DNA of 64,000 bases from Phascolarctobacterium sp. (GCA_051866495.1 JBJDXD010000026.1:177-64176); one strand, 5' to 3'; positions 53,301 through 60,491 are shown, counted from the stretch's first letter. The notes: generated from the letters alone by a model not told the origin. Numbers and translations: made by a program.

Positions 53301-56300
53301 TGCTCCATTGGCTTGATTCAAAGCATCATTGCCGGTGAAGTCATAGAAATTCTTGTTTGTAGTTTTCAGCTCATTGGGGTTATTAATTTCCTTTCCCGAC
53401 CCATCCTTATAGGTAATGTCATAGATGTCTACAATATTGCCATGTGTATCAGTATAAACAACATTAACAACATCAACTTCCTGACCATTTGCATTATAAT
53501 ATCTAACGTCCTCCACATCCACGATTTTACCAGCTGCATCGTAGTAGAGGCCATCATCTTTAAGTACTATTTCCTCGTCATTGATATCGTAATACTTGCC
53601 ATCTTCCTTCTTGGTAATGGATGGAGCAAGGCGTGTGTCACCTTGGTAATAGCCCCCTTTTTTATAAACTCTATTACCAGCCTCAACTATTTGTCCCGAA
53701 GAATTTGTATATGTTACATCTACTATATTTCCACTGCTGTCACGATATTGGCCATCTTCTACATTAAAGAATACTTCGATATCACCCACATAATACTTTC
53801 CATCAGCAGTTTCAGTAACGGACGGTATAAGCATAGCGCCATCCTTATACCAGCCTGTATCTATTATTTCTACTGACGGAGTCAACACTTCACCATCCTT
53901 GTAGAAATTACCATCTGTACCCACGGTAATATCCTTAGAAAGCGTTTGCGGTTGCTCTCCTTCGCCTGTGACAAAATTTCCATTAGCATCAACAGTAACA
54001 GCAAAGCTACTGGTTTGGTTCAGCTCGGTTAAGTATTTATTGTCGGTAGTGTTAGCAGTTAGCTTGCCATCCTTGGCTTCGTTGGAGACTTTATTGGCAT
54101 AAATTGCGCCGCCGTCAATGGTAGCATCCACCGTGTTATCCACGCTGTTTTTAGCCACAGCCACATTCAGTGCTGCATAGGATTTGCCCGTGGCCACGCC
54201 CACGGAAATGGCCGTGCCCACCTGGGTCAGCTTGCTAGCAGCAATATTATGCACCTCGGCAGCACGCAAAACATTCCCACCATTGTTCGAGCCAATCTGG
54301 TTGCCCTTCATTGCAGCCTTAATATCATTTTTAACATCGTTCACGGTCACGGCTGCGCCCGCGCTGGCTGTAGCCTGGGTCACCTGCGTGGTCACGCCGC
54401 CTGCAACCTGCACATCCTGGTCATAGGCCACATTATTGACCACAGTGTTGCCGCCAACAATTGTATTATCGAGCATATCCCCATGCACAGTACTATCAAT
54501 ATAGTTGGCAGAGCCGCTGGCTGCCAAATTAATATCTATGCCGCCCTGACGCTTGCCCACTTCCAAGCCCAAGGACAGGCCTGTTGCCACCTGAGCACCG
54601 CTATTATGGGCGTAGTTTAACACATCCACTCCCATAACAGTAGCGGACTTATCGATTACAGTATTTTGCAGTGTCGCAGTGGTGGTTTTCTTTAAATCAT
54701 TGACGCCAACTGCACCTGCCAAGGTGCCCCGGAATTTGCTATTATCACCATTACCAAGCTTGTTCAAGGCCATGGCACCGCTATAGGCACCAATGTAGGA
54801 AGCATCCTCTGCTTCAACCCTTACAGAGCCTGTTACATCAGTATCAACCACACCTTCTCCTTTTTCGGGAGGAGTCAGGGTTATCTTAACATTATCTAAA
54901 GTGGCCTTGGTTTCGTCGACCACATAGTTCCAGGAAACGCTGCCCACAGCATTAAGCTTAATGGTGGCCTCCTGTCCACCGGCGTTGCCACCGTTGACTT
55001 GGGCGTTTTGCACTCCCCCCGCTCCGGCACCACCGCCTGCAGCAGCATTGACGCCGCCAGCCTGCTGATTAGCATTGTCGCTACTGTTTTTTACACCGGC
55101 CACAGTTAAGTTATTGATAATGCCATCGGTAAGAGCATTCACCTTCACGCTATTGGCACTGATGCTACCCTTAATAGCTGCATCAGCTTCCGCAGAGGTA
55201 CCGTCAGCCTTCAGCTCCTGATTAGTCAGCTCGGCAATGCTGTGAATGTCATAGGAAATAACACCCACACTCGCACCCACGGAGCTGGTCTCGGAGCTGT
55301 TCCAATCGCCCACCAAATTTATAATATTGGTATCATTAGTCGAAGAAATGTTCACCGCACCAGTGGAGGTTACTTCATCCTTATCTTCTGTAGTGCCATC
55401 ATCCTTTTCCTTGGTTACCTTTTCCACCTTTTTGCGCGCAGTAAAGTTAACATCGTCATCCACAAGGGTTTCGGCGTGAGATTCGCCGCCCATGTAGGAC
55501 ACCATGCCCGTCAAGCCCAGCTTGCTGGTCTGGGAGCCAGCAATGCCGATGCCGATATTCAAAACATCATTTTTGGTAGCAATATCTATAGAACCAGCGT
55601 CAATGGTCACGCCGTTCATAACCTGCACTCTGCTATTATTGTAGGCATTTTGCACGCCCACAGTGCCGCCAAGGCCATTTTTAGCATTAGCTAAAGGAGT
55701 TGGGTCAATAATAAAATAGGGGAAGGCACTCAATTTGCCCACTGCCATAACATTGGTTTCCACCACGTTGGCCGCAATATTGGCTGCATTTTGCCTACCA
55801 GCGGTTAGGAGAGTATTCGCACCTATCTTGACATTGGCCGTGTTATGCAAATTCTGCACGCCCACCGTGCCCGCAAGCACGCCGGTGACATCCTTTTGCT
55901 TGTCCGCATCATTATTTTTACCACCGGCAGACACATACATATTCACATAATTGGCGGGATCGAAAAAGGCCAGCAGTGCCTCCCGCAGCTCGTTTGTACC
56001 AGTCAAGGAGCCAAGCAAGTCAATGGCAGCACTAGCCTTCTTGCCAAATTTTTTGCTATCCTTGTAGGATGTGGTTTTTTCCTTCTCACGAATCCACAGG
56101 ATATCTACAATGATACTCTCCAGCTTATTGATTTTATCTTTTACCCCAGCCTTGCTCCAATCGGTATAATGCTTTTTGAATTTATCCCAAGCATCCAGCA
56201 CATCTTCACACATGGAGTTCACGCGATTATAACGCTGCTCCACACTGGAGTTAATGGAAACATCCCCATCAGCAATAAGCTTTGCATTGGAGCTTTCTTG

Positions 56301-58874
56301 ACTATTAGAGGTCTTTTGATTAATATTGACCTCTGCTGTGTTATGCATATTTTCCACAGCCACAGCAGCAGCCACAGTAACATAGGTGGTATCATTACTG
56401 TTAATGAGTAAATTGGTGGTTGCAAAAGCTGTATCACCAATTTCCACACCAGCGCTAATATTTAAATTCCCATCGGTTGCTTGCGTAGAGGACGCTTGCG
56501 TATAGGACGCTTGCGTATAGGACGTTGGATACAAATTAATCGTAGCATCATTAGTCACGTCGGCAACGGATACAGAAGCGCCCAAATCAAAGTATTGGTT
56601 CCAACTAGGAACACCAGCTCCGCCTGCGGCTGCACCGCCTCCACCGCCGCCACCACCTGCGCCGGGATCATCCGGCATTTGGTTGCCTAGCCAGATGGCC
56701 TTCAGGAGGGGCTTCAAAGAATCCGCCTTCTCAGCCACAGCATCAGTATTGATAACCCAGCTGAGGCCTGTAAACTCGCCCACATATTCATCACAGGTGG
56801 AAATGCTAAAGCTATCTAAATTATGTTGGGCCTCCATATTTACGGAGCCGCCCCGCACTGCCACATAATCATTAATGGTAGCAGTACCCTTGGTATTCAC
56901 AAGATTAACAGCCGTGCTCACTGCAGTATCATCGGTTTCCTTGCCAGCAGTGATATCGGTGCCCGTCTCCACATTGCACTCCATATCGTTGGTGCTTTCT
57001 GCCTTAACATCCAGCTTACCCTTAGCCTTAAGCAGCGGATTCTCCTCTGTACCCTTATTAGCAAGGTTGGCAGTACCCAAATTAACGGTGGCCTCCGTAT
57101 CCTGATAGCTCAGGCCGACGCCCACCATGAACATGGACGCATATTTATCACCATGTTCGCCCTGGTCGTAATATTTAGGAGTCGTAACGCCCATGCTGCC
57201 ACTATTATTGTTTTTGGCCACGGCAGCTATTTCCATATTCTGTTCTGCATCAAGCTTGCCATTGACATTGACCTTGGCATTGCTTGTGCTATTTTGATAA
57301 ATAAAGCCACCAGTGAAGTATTTAGAAAGGTCTGCCGTACCCTCTTTAATATGGGGCTGGATGGCCACCTTCATCTTATTTTTGGCCGTACTAGTAGCGT
57401 CCACATGGATATTGCCACCAACAGTAAAAGTTTTCTGGTCTTTTGTATATGTAAATGGATTACCCTGACTATCCCTAGGCATCTTGGCTGTAATCTGGGC
57501 CGGAGCGCCAATATTAACAGTGGCCTTGGCATCGGTAATAGCAAAGGGCATGTACAGCTGGTTGAAGATATTATTGGTAATCATGCCGGGCTGGCCCCAA
57601 TGAGGATTGGACTCAATAAAGCCTAAAAGGTAATTGCTCAGCTTGCTTTTTAGCTCAAGAACTCCTGTTTCCTGGCCAGCATCATTGAGAATGTCAAAAA
57701 CATTGGCATAATTGCCACCGCTATATTCGGAGCTGGCCTTAGCAGAAATATTTACATCCGCACCGGAAACAGCGCCATTGATGGTTGCTTCCGCCTTGGT
57801 AAAGGCCACCATGTCCCAGAACTGAGTAATTTTAGTTCTTTGCAAACGCTTGGCTTCGGCAGTAATGTCCACATTGCCCACAGCATCAACAGTGGCGCCC
57901 TCGCCCACTTCTACCTTGGCCTCTACAGTGTTGTCGATAGAGGTTACGCCTAAAAACTTCGTATTAGTATTCTTGGTATCGGAAAAGGCGGTCAGCTTGA
58001 TGCTGCCGTCACCCTTGAGCTCAGCATTCTCACTGTCATGGGGGTCGCTGATAACGATATTGCCCTTGCCATCATGGGAAGCGGTGAGACGACCTGTAGC
58101 TACTAAATCTTTATAATTATCGGATGACACATTAACTAAACTCTTGAACTTTACGCCTGTTTTCAAAGAGGGCGCAGGAGTATTGGCATCTGCGCTAGTT
58201 TGCTTCACCACATTGATATAGGCAGCACGCAAATCGATACCGGTAGCAGCATTAATTTGGCCGTGGATGTCAATTTTAGCAGACTTATCCAAGCTACCCC
58301 AATTATTATCACTAATGGCTTGGGCCGCAGCTTCCGCACTACTAAAGGTTTTGCCAGAGGTCATCACCGTCAAGGACCCAGCATTAATCACGCCGCTGGA
58401 GCCCACTACCATACCCCTAGGAGAGAGGAAATACAGGTTGCCACCAATTTCACTATTGCGAATAGCATTCACAGTGCCGCTGATGCTGATTTGCTCTTGG
58501 ACGGTATTCACCAAGGTATTGAGAACAGTATCAGAATTATATTGCTTGAAATAGAGATTTGCAATGTGATTAGCACCAACCTCAAATGTTTTAAACCTAT
58601 TCAGGCCCACAGTACCATTGGCCTGCTCGGCATAAATATCCGCAACAGTATCAGTAGTGCTTTGTAGATAGGTTTTGCTCAAGTCACTAGGAATGCCATC
58701 AACACGCTCAATGCCCGCAGCATAGGCGTCCCGTCCCAGCCAAGGCGTCAGGGCAAAGCCCACCCCCACCGCCAAAACCGAGCGCAGCACCTTCATGCGC
58801 AGGGTGGCACTAGCTTCTCGCTGGTAGTCCAAATGCTTTTGCTTATATCTTAATGCTTTTCTTTTGTTACTCAT
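38361..58874 (-). CDS. Giant (6837 aa) LktA-like filamentous adhesin/exoprotein, TpsA of a two-partner secretion system
   Basis: Extended signal peptide (DAYA|A), TPS domain (GLNRFKTFEV...IGGNLYFLSPRGMVVGSSGVINAGSL), long Gly/Ala/Val/Asn/Thr-rich beta-helix runs; downstream of tpsB in the same operon. Confidence 0.92.
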   Translation of the reverse strand: MSNKRKALRYKQKHLDYQREASATLRMKVLRSVLAVGVGFALTPWLGRDAYAAGIERVDGIPSDLSKTYLQSTTDTVADIYAEQANGTVGLNRFKTFEVGANHIANLYFKQYNSDTVLNTLVNTVQEQISISGTVNAIRNSEIGGNLYFLSPRGMVVGSSGVINAGSLTVMTSGKTFSSAEAAAQAISDNNWGSLDKSAKIDIHGQINAATGIDLRAAYINVVKQTSADANTPAPSLKTGVKFKSLVNVSSDNYKDLVATGRLTASHDGKGNIVISDPHDSENAELKGDGSIKLTAFSDTKNTNTKFLGVTSIDNTVEAKVEVGEGATVDAVGNVDITAEAKRLQRTKITQFWDMVAFTKAEATINGAVSGADVNISAKASSEYSGGNYANVFDILNDAGQETGVLELKSKLSNYLLGFIESNPHWGQPGMITNNIFNQLYMPFAITDAKATVNIGAPAQITAKMPRDSQGNPFTYTKDQKTFTVGGNIHVDATSTAKNKMKVAIQPHIKEGTADLSKYFTGGFIYQNSTSNAKVNVNGKLDAEQNMEIAAVAKNNNSGSMGVTTPKYYDQGEHGDKYASMFMVGVGLSYQDTEATVNLGTANLANKGTEENPLLKAKGKLDVKAESTNDMECNVETGTDITAGKETDDTAVSTAVNLVNTKGTATINDYVAVRGGSVNMEAQHNLDSFSISTCDEYVGEFTGLSWVINTDAVAEKADSLKPLLKAIWLGNQMPDDPGAGGGGGGGGAAAGGAGVPSWNQYFDLGASVSVADVTNDATINLYPTSYTQASYTQASSTQATDGNLNISAGVEIGDTAFATTNLLINSNDTTYVTVAAAVAVENMHNTAEVNINQKTSNSQESSNAKLIADGDVSINSSVEQRYNRVNSMCEDVLDAWDKFKKHYTDWSKAGVKDKINKLESIIVDILWIREKEKTTSYKDSKKFGKKASAAIDLLGSLTGTNELREALLAFFDPANYVNMYVSAGGKNNDADKQKDVTGVLAGTVGVQNLHNTANVKIGANTLLTAGRQNAANIAANVVETNVMAVGKLSAFPYFIIDPTPLANAKNGLGGTVGVQNAYNNSRVQVMNGVTIDAGSIDIATKNDVLNIGIGIAGSQTSKLGLTGMVSYMGGESHAETLVDDDVNFTARKKVEKVTKEKDDGTTEDKDEVTSTGAVNISSTNDTNIINLVGDWNSSETSSVGASVGVISYDIHSIAELTNQELKADGTSAEADAAIKGSISANSVKVNALTDGIINNLTVAGVKNSSDNANQQAGGVNAAAGGGAGAGGVQNAQVNGGNAGGQEATIKLNAVGSVSWNYVVDETKATLDNVKITLTPPEKGEGVVDTDVTGSVRVEAEDASYIGAYSGAMALNKLGNGDNSKFRGTLAGAVGVNDLKKTTTATLQNTVIDKSATVMGVDVLNYAHNSGAQVATGLSLGLEVGKRQGGIDINLAASGSANYIDSTVHGDMLDNTIVGGNTVVNNVAYDQDVQVAGGVTTQVTQATASAGAAVTVNDVKNDIKAAMKGNQIGSNNGGNVLRAAEVHNIAASKLTQVGTAISVGVATGKSYAALNVAVAKNSVDNTVDATIDGGAIYANKVSNEAKDGKLTANTTDNKYLTELNQTSSFAVTVDANGNFVTGEGEQPQTLSKDITVGTDGNFYKDGEVLTPSVEIIDTGWYKDGAMLIPSVTETADGKYYVGDIEVFFNVEDGQYRDSSGNIVDVTYTNSSGQIVEAGNRVYKKGGYYQGDTRLAPSITKKEDGKYYDINDEEIVLKDDGLYYDAAGKIVDVEDVRYYNANGQEVDVVNVVYTDTHGNIVDIYDITYKDGSGKEINNPNELKTTNKNFYDFTGNDALNQANGASADPTNTKGADLSVIVNDNADKATYNSSKITLSNQGNTIVGVALGLGVVAGQETGVSGAAAAAASVNTITNNFTAAVKNATIGTAGSTYDNDNKLTEAALRVEAASDTRMVSVAAGAAANAKGKGMSLALAGSGAFQSITNTTKASVENSSISTDNLAIKGTTESSLVSVAGQVSVETSQKGVAAGLTWAENNMNNTTGAYAQGITLNGINGAETNLALAAENKAKTAENKAKTWAVAVGASVALGNGALEGAYAENSGKNNTEAIVDQYIVKNSEGKETGRINNTITNAKTISLTAKDTSVEKGIAGSVAVTAGDNAMASIGGAVVYNNIGNGADAKDKQTVKAQLNNANITTLSGATIQTKATNEADFLGLALGGAVRAGDGKFGVSAEGSVAVTTDYMNTVAGMDKVNIEGSTTDNNNSTITVEATSTSDINSSADALAVSVGDGIKISGNGAVSKVRSDADTTTEIKNSVIKAKDVIAKANSTNEILDVAIGLSAAVGGGSASVGLVGNVATNKIDNDTTVTFANDDIYATGTVAALSDSYERLRNYGGGLSVGVSSEAGVALGATIVTNTIEGDTQSIIKDSSIVALGEGDGVKLSEHSFGEKESDPPKYELKETAATSAEAKKGLVVNAEAEHFLRDVSVTGGVAVGGEAGVAVDATVVINKISGKTTAEVNNTSINDTAEQLSTADVTVDAYDRADISSHIAVLSVGVGAGEGAGVGVAGAGDRNTVDRTTTTQILGKNDKSTVLNAHNVNVDALGYTSVYISESGVAAGASAMAGASATGSVSVDRFTSNTTALVSQVHGTVNNLNVNANRLANVAAYNNAIALSGGIFSGSFSIGVTDLEDSSHTNAELSKVKLAAAANQVGNVKVLANNHTQLATELSGNALAISIGAAAGTAVGNINTEAQVGAKVDNAVIGSEDKEFAEFTVEANNNTYNRYQNVSISGSSISSIAVGKGAVNINTGTAAEVLNSSAFAKDINVNALEKRTIDTDMVGVGVGALNIGVNVMYTNIGTNLKSKYSYDDGSKSYDTSEFQAMVNGALARMNSQVNAARAKTGDTSITRGSSSINTGRADQGGIRNTISNSVLKASDDLKVRAKATTNTDIDIKQASVAIVNIGVPANRTDVEDKLTVDIDNAYLQGKSLEVTSITDGEIKSYTGQGGFTGASYVDTTAYLKHHGTNKISIDGSTLNVVKAASTAINPFYIHAVNQTKIDNSALGVNVGLAVAGRLVLEGEDSTEVKIELGKDSKVAQENIFSATKLVDNKEVYTDIGVMAENAAVVKNEIPADVSGGLVAAGGSLVTSKATGKATLDVSSRNAFAAQKVDLESLTGGTKTGDTNPQYTTEAINRAVGVSAVTISVDKARTYNNMQATTTVDAIKILDQVGENKITLADLKIGATNATSSNAYIHSVAVGMGAASGSNFAQSHAESKAITTVNAGTGGISATSFDIFASNSDDILAKANGSNAGLMDISPYAARVENTVDTTTTVNLTGKLEAASTFKAQALRKDIANFSADALSITAAGGGDARVDTTITANTNVNVTGATINSGDDTILEAENTVEMNREEGYAQMVKGQGYAVFGVNTSGIKNTINSTAHVNLLNSNIYSGGNLKAIAHTEQQLQVNGYVYTASAMGGVESRVTNNINNDEEVKVQNSKLKTTKVYKDITLSAADDLKLFTYAYSEFSTGAWGGADAIVKNNLTRNNKINLLSGSDLYSLQDINLYAGKNADGSVATLDLDAEASDFVGSVIPITLKPSVTNAIKQNNQITVDASSASTSVRHTNLYASTGREMARTSSGRYVGIYGSSRDSNFVTTDKGETINGKDANNYVNINGKVIAGIANKIDITIGSDGDIVILDKKMRDSVYGAKDASQITITVDANASTGLTKNSLTFGSENYANTLYERYNAVLDLMTEYEKDGTSAYLGYRAEGERILNEMVSLGLADKISVEDETRGTIYVIVPKSSMLVDYVEISDLVGSGGNIVVDTDVLKSSAGSGTIKAQGSPEINIINNTNLLTKVNSITVGDPGGKLIFNGTNVNGANKAEFNKNISAINKKNAGANFAVVNAADGQSGRVNIQGNYGGGSINYSFKDEEGTPRAGSYRPMANILVQGNIYSKEGSVTITSAHDSIEIQGKTAKDAVSVSGSTVNITANNGSITQGYTDGIVSIGGDVRQQYDEAYRAAIGEGVGEHTISQIVTDIEDGSKATGSYIAGGSVFINASDININGVIQSGFGDYYANISDAAVQARINQINNAYNGKAISDSVVTTGEQYKIIDGGAYWDAQTGCYKYKLNVYYNPSTQKILVQNVDASGGKVYLTGRISSTGNGKIICLDGVSNINVNNGTNYTLQLGDLITHEVQGLVSITDTAQRKLTEITSSGAIEKAIDENGKIAQTGTRPEEDILANGYKPLTGLHYTWTTGKEVTTYERYEEDFKDGGWGLWSNGTTTEQLQNWINEKQLTFEPKETGLEKNGDRTAGETIRVENNDTSYVKVTKTPLNNGTIVKESERKYASGLWGINKHHVITWTKKSGSLEAYDASIKADNPINIKFIGTAAARANINVTSLKDIELTGTVGNTALYEAITNDVVTGRNEKGTVNITSQNGSLIQSGGALYGANINLSAAKDMTDITVIAGDTVNLSAVNSMSNQDAIAQNSIDVTVKGAYLAKGNVVLGNIGSVVTHDNVNSVPVNASGVKTTGVTGLVEITTTGPEGNISQKAGSLIVSDRIDLTSNNGSIYGQKSEDANNNVSYTALQLYAGQQPLGLDTMDASVNAAAKGDIKLAQVDGKMRIGRIYSTEGDVTLTVAHGSVEDALPYVSSDRGDADDMLARWKRLGIIASDGDDENSAMLAAKAHQNATSQQVTQNTYEAWDAYALLYAIQDSIVNPEGTSLPTTSDKDPNVIGHNITINVADSVGINSGVEKRIDLTTLLDKDENKNYTHLDDLKALSRLDASTKVDWEDGVGEDTHKYAVYTETIPIGIQQTTKTLVTEQGTTVVNGKLTVQSAANPSSGTSSLNGDIFLQGREQKLDANGTAAITQNKDLYINNILTNMGAVTLTSLGGIYNAANAAVPTIIGQNLVMTAAGGSIGTKDAHITINLFGADKAVDGLSAIAAGGIYVDQKGASDLIVRNASSGGDIFLGSDKSILMGVVNGADADSYIRAENNGDITLEARGGSIGEAAYEADSQTISRESNNGVRILNAAAKSASATDPKVTNVTLLAQDNVYVTGIASETGKTAVGQGPAGWLNLSIASNNVDSNNQPVQLQNVGIYVDGQLNLYNAIDTSATASVYVTDNLALNNDITVKSLDTFVGSAKDLTINVAFGVEGTNKLTLKAGNDLLMNQGSLTGNNIELAAGKDISLQSGTIAATTRAVLEADGNILLKGGSMTAPDVDMVALGYVDQTYDNSKATVNGYELSVSDTLQVMTGGKYTADGQDYGIDLGSKFNQLQKVEMNSENGNVVLGNSGSEDLEVSVQTIQGVDTVNGSIKIHNYDNGTANDVKISNSLKATEKITIINDNGDIINSGIALSGSDVALNAFAGDVYNFAGITATNGGVDIYAAKNVYNIGDAVADCITATDTVSIVAGSATHGADEGLVWNTARIHSDTDVVIQATDRVVNTVDIPDGMSLGQSTQSGAISANGTVKITTIHKSDSTSASFGIYNSASISAGENAIINSRDDLINTGNIQANGYIDLDATEEVINGAENAVTGQIQAGGNIYLTSWKGNVTNYDNIQSTAGQVVLENGFVYTLSDNDDTGLVNNILNTGSILAQKDVLIRTYNGNIENKNIITSYAGSVLMEALQSEQYLPDQVNPIIVGQLKNTDTDNATSNADITANKGITLNAATSIDNKGDFVVTGTGDIIVKAGDLVTNSGNYRINGAGNIAVTATGVTTTVSSEQVTTGGDIINYGNYYTKSGSITIESNEDVLNTGVMETESGNISIISVDGVVFNKDGADLLSGKGNVSLQAQSNDGYYYYFDAEGNLNKVPAGITPAPARDGTYTAVIDGVNRTVLKNGSVFNAGDAMAIDGTITMSSAHGDVTNYDDFNTLVSTGSSEASRIYTPSSSTSGIAIATGNVEILAKNGTLYNNKNLESGENITLIAAEGLSNFAYNIYAGKNITLKATSGDVVNSATLESYAGNVTLQAMQGNIINGVQNDFTAGKGDIITYGGNVTLLAQGKDNNGVGFNVTNYGDIIATNTNAVDKENTGSILLKSEHGNVHNFDDFNTYDNNGVYMKYYDADLHTSIDSTSASYNIANNNLTISAVNGNVYNSKDYLVALGDVTLEAKTGLGSFGQVIYAGKNITLNATKGDLFNKAEMLSVEGDITLKAEKGTVVNLVGGDLIAKNGNVTLEAGAGASNTIRVVDSIGNSKELAELAPADVSRIQAAGDNILITKQYYKDTDRAWVEIVKANDMEVVIPDAATAFKTEIFYLDASERNAEKPVTTIEGTRTTGLLEAYRTGDVVNRGDIIAQGSAEEDKGAVTLHSAMGNTTNYDNFKLYNNQNTYDYRGQTGKTITVGGSTESIQVHFNADTPYYYDSLNILLSDSDMNLIADEGYLYNNMNIVSHKDVNLTSGKTLTIGTNVSAVIADGNVVVRSTGANVINDGTVVSNNGSIILDGYKGVDSQQSADHLKALNGSISAVSIYGNVNVKELVAGDMAAAGSQNGNVVLGKVDGKDVVLYTENASSQITVSEGLKVDEHLLLQGNNFAIPTIDRSDNKGTLIVDVTGVSADGSGAAMQSDLNLTIAGDVLFTTLNVTNAEVNIGGKMEIDKLHVSGEAHFYNQGYVTGVYGGGVAPEHDSSNALYYDLGEGSSGYKLRATADEFRAIKEGEPEEVRALNTMRQLRQSLQDTKGAAGFVGSTGGNGGWMNLYVENAKYQSSNGLLLHIDTGYRSANQRWSAEDLSAKLNDYKPVQSYEEHYGDAVGIFGRYDLLEATERPVAEILHSANSNKVALHKDNQGLRIETQQENEQEEKKKEA
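52599..52640 (-). repeat. 21-bp tandem duplication (AENKAKT x2) in tpsA
   Basis: GGTCTTAGCCTTGTTTTCAGC / GGTCTTCGCCTTATTTTCAGC, 2 mismatches. Confidence 0.85.
56479..56523 (-). repeat. 15-bp tandem repeat x3 (SYTQA) in tpsA
   Basis: GCTTGCGTA(G/T)AGGAC x3, encoding the ...SYTQASYTQASSTQA... stretch. Confidence 0.9.
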
Positions 58875-59970
58875 GCTGGCTTCCCTCCTCCCTTATTACG
58901 GTGCGTTTAACATATCCCAAGGCCTCGTTCAAGCAGCTTTGCCGCTGCACCGGACGCAGCTGTACATAAGCCTTGGCCGGCAGGGCCTCGCCCCGCTGCC
59001 AACGCAGCTTAAAATGGGATATGCGGGAATATATATATGTATCAGCATCCATGGACGCTGCAAAAATCGTCTTTTTTAAGCCATCTATCCGTGCATCAGC
59101 CACGTTATATTGCTGCAAAAGCTCCATCAAAGCGGCAAACTTTTCCGTTTGCACCAGCCTTTGCTGCACCGCCGGATAAATGGCATCCTGAGGAATAAGC
59201 TCCACGCCAAGGGTATCACCCATTTGGTCGTCAAGCACATCCACATCAAGCATATATTTAAAAATGCCCAAGGCATCTATTTTTTGCAAAAGCTCCCAGC
59301 CCGCTTGGGGAATTTGGGGAGCATTAATTTTGGTCAAGGCCTGCTCCAAATTATGGAGGCCCTGCTTCAAGAACAAAACTAAGCGCAGGGGCGCAGCCGC
59401 TCTGGATTCCATAAAGCCAAAATGCCAGGGCTCGCACCACTCCTTGAGCTTCTCTAAAAGCTCCTGTAATTCTCCTGCTTGACGCAGGCGACCTCTGTAG
59501 CCCAGCACCGCCAAAAGCAGCTCGTCCACAAAATCACCGGATAAATTGATAAAGGTGGCCACATTTTTGCCCTCAGCCTGCTCATGGCTAGAGGCAGCGT
59601 CATCAATATCCGCCTCCAAATATAAATTACAATGGTTGAGCAGCATGGGTTTAAGCTTAGCCAACTCCTTGGCATAGTAATGAAAAAAAGCTCCCTCCTG
59701 GCTCAAGGGGCCATCCTGCAGGGGATTGCCCTCTGCAAAGGCTTCAGCAAAATATTGGGCAGACACATCCACTTGAGGCTTGCCCAGCAGCGGCACCTCC
59801 ACATAAAAATCAACTCTTTGTCCACCTAAAGCATAAAGAGGTGCCTGATTCATGAGCTTAGCCTCAGTAGTAGCCTCAAGACCCCACAGCTCCTGCCCGC
59901 CAGGGGCAGCAAGAAGCTGACGTCGCCAAAAAGCAAAGGCTTCCAGCTGCTGCACTAGACTGATACTCAT
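58867..59970 (-). CDS. Uncharacterised 367-aa cytoplasmic protein with a predicted ABBA/PT-barrel (aromatic prenyltransferase-like) pattern
   Basis: AAGGAGG RBS before ATG 59970; 8-nt overlap with the tpsA start; five predicted beta-hairpins separated by helices, ending SHFKL...KAYV. The fold call is inference. Confidence 0.5.
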   Translation of the reverse strand: MSISLVQQLEAFAFWRRQLLAAPGGQELWGLEATTEAKLMNQAPLYALGGQRVDFYVEVPLLGKPQVDVSAQYFAEAFAEGNPLQDGPLSQEGAFFHYYAKELAKLKPMLLNHCNLYLEADIDDAASSHEQAEGKNVATFINLSGDFVDELLLAVLGYRGRLRQAGELQELLEKLKEWCEPWHFGFMESRAAAPLRLVLFLKQGLHNLEQALTKINAPQIPQAGWELLQKIDALGIFKYMLDVDVLDDQMGDTLGVELIPQDAIYPAVQQRLVQTEKFAALMELLQQYNVADARIDGLKKTIFAASMDADTYIYSRISHFKLRWQRGEALPAKAYVQLRPVQRQSCLNEALGYVKRTVIREEGSQHE

Positions 59971-60016
59971 AAATAGCACCTCCTTCCGTTATGTTTATTA
60001 AGTTTTAGAAAATAGC

Positions 60017-60451
60017 TTAAGCCCAAATGAGCTTCATAATATTTTTATATTCTGCCAACAAATGCTTTACAATCACATCCAGTACGGTGTAAACCATGTC
60101 CCCATCCAGCTCTTCGGGCCGCTCCAGGATATAGGAATCAAGAATCAGGGCCCCATCCTCGGCAAAATAATATTTAAAAATCTTGTATTGGGCGTTAATC
60201 TTATTGATGGCCTTTACCAGCTCCACTTCGTTGCTTTCCTTTAAGGCAGCATTGGCAACGCGCACGCGAATCATGGTATAAATGCTGCTATCGGTAATGA
60301 CGATGGTGGGCAGCTGTTGCCCCTCCACATCAATAGAGGAACGAAAAACAACGGTATTCAGCGCATCATCGGGCACCTCCTGCACTTGAAAGCAGGTAAT
60401 TTTTCTTTCCTCTAGGTATTCTTGAAAAAGCTGTGCTTTTTTGTTCATCAT
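60017..60451 (-). CDS. YbjN-family / CesT-like chaperone-fold protein
   Basis: 144 aa, acidic; alpha-beta3-alpha-beta2-alpha pattern with LVKAINKINAQYKIFKYYFAEDGALIL. Confidence 0.7.
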   Translation of the reverse strand: MMNKKAQLFQEYLEERKITCFQVQEVPDDALNTVVFRSSIDVEGQQLPTIVITDSSIYTMIRVRVANAALKESNEVELVKAINKINAQYKIFKYYFAEDGALILDSYILERPEELDGDMVYTVLDVIVKHLLAEYKNIMKLIWA

Positions 60452-60491
60452 GGGAATCGTCCTTTCTCATGCTTATGCTAAATAAATTTTA

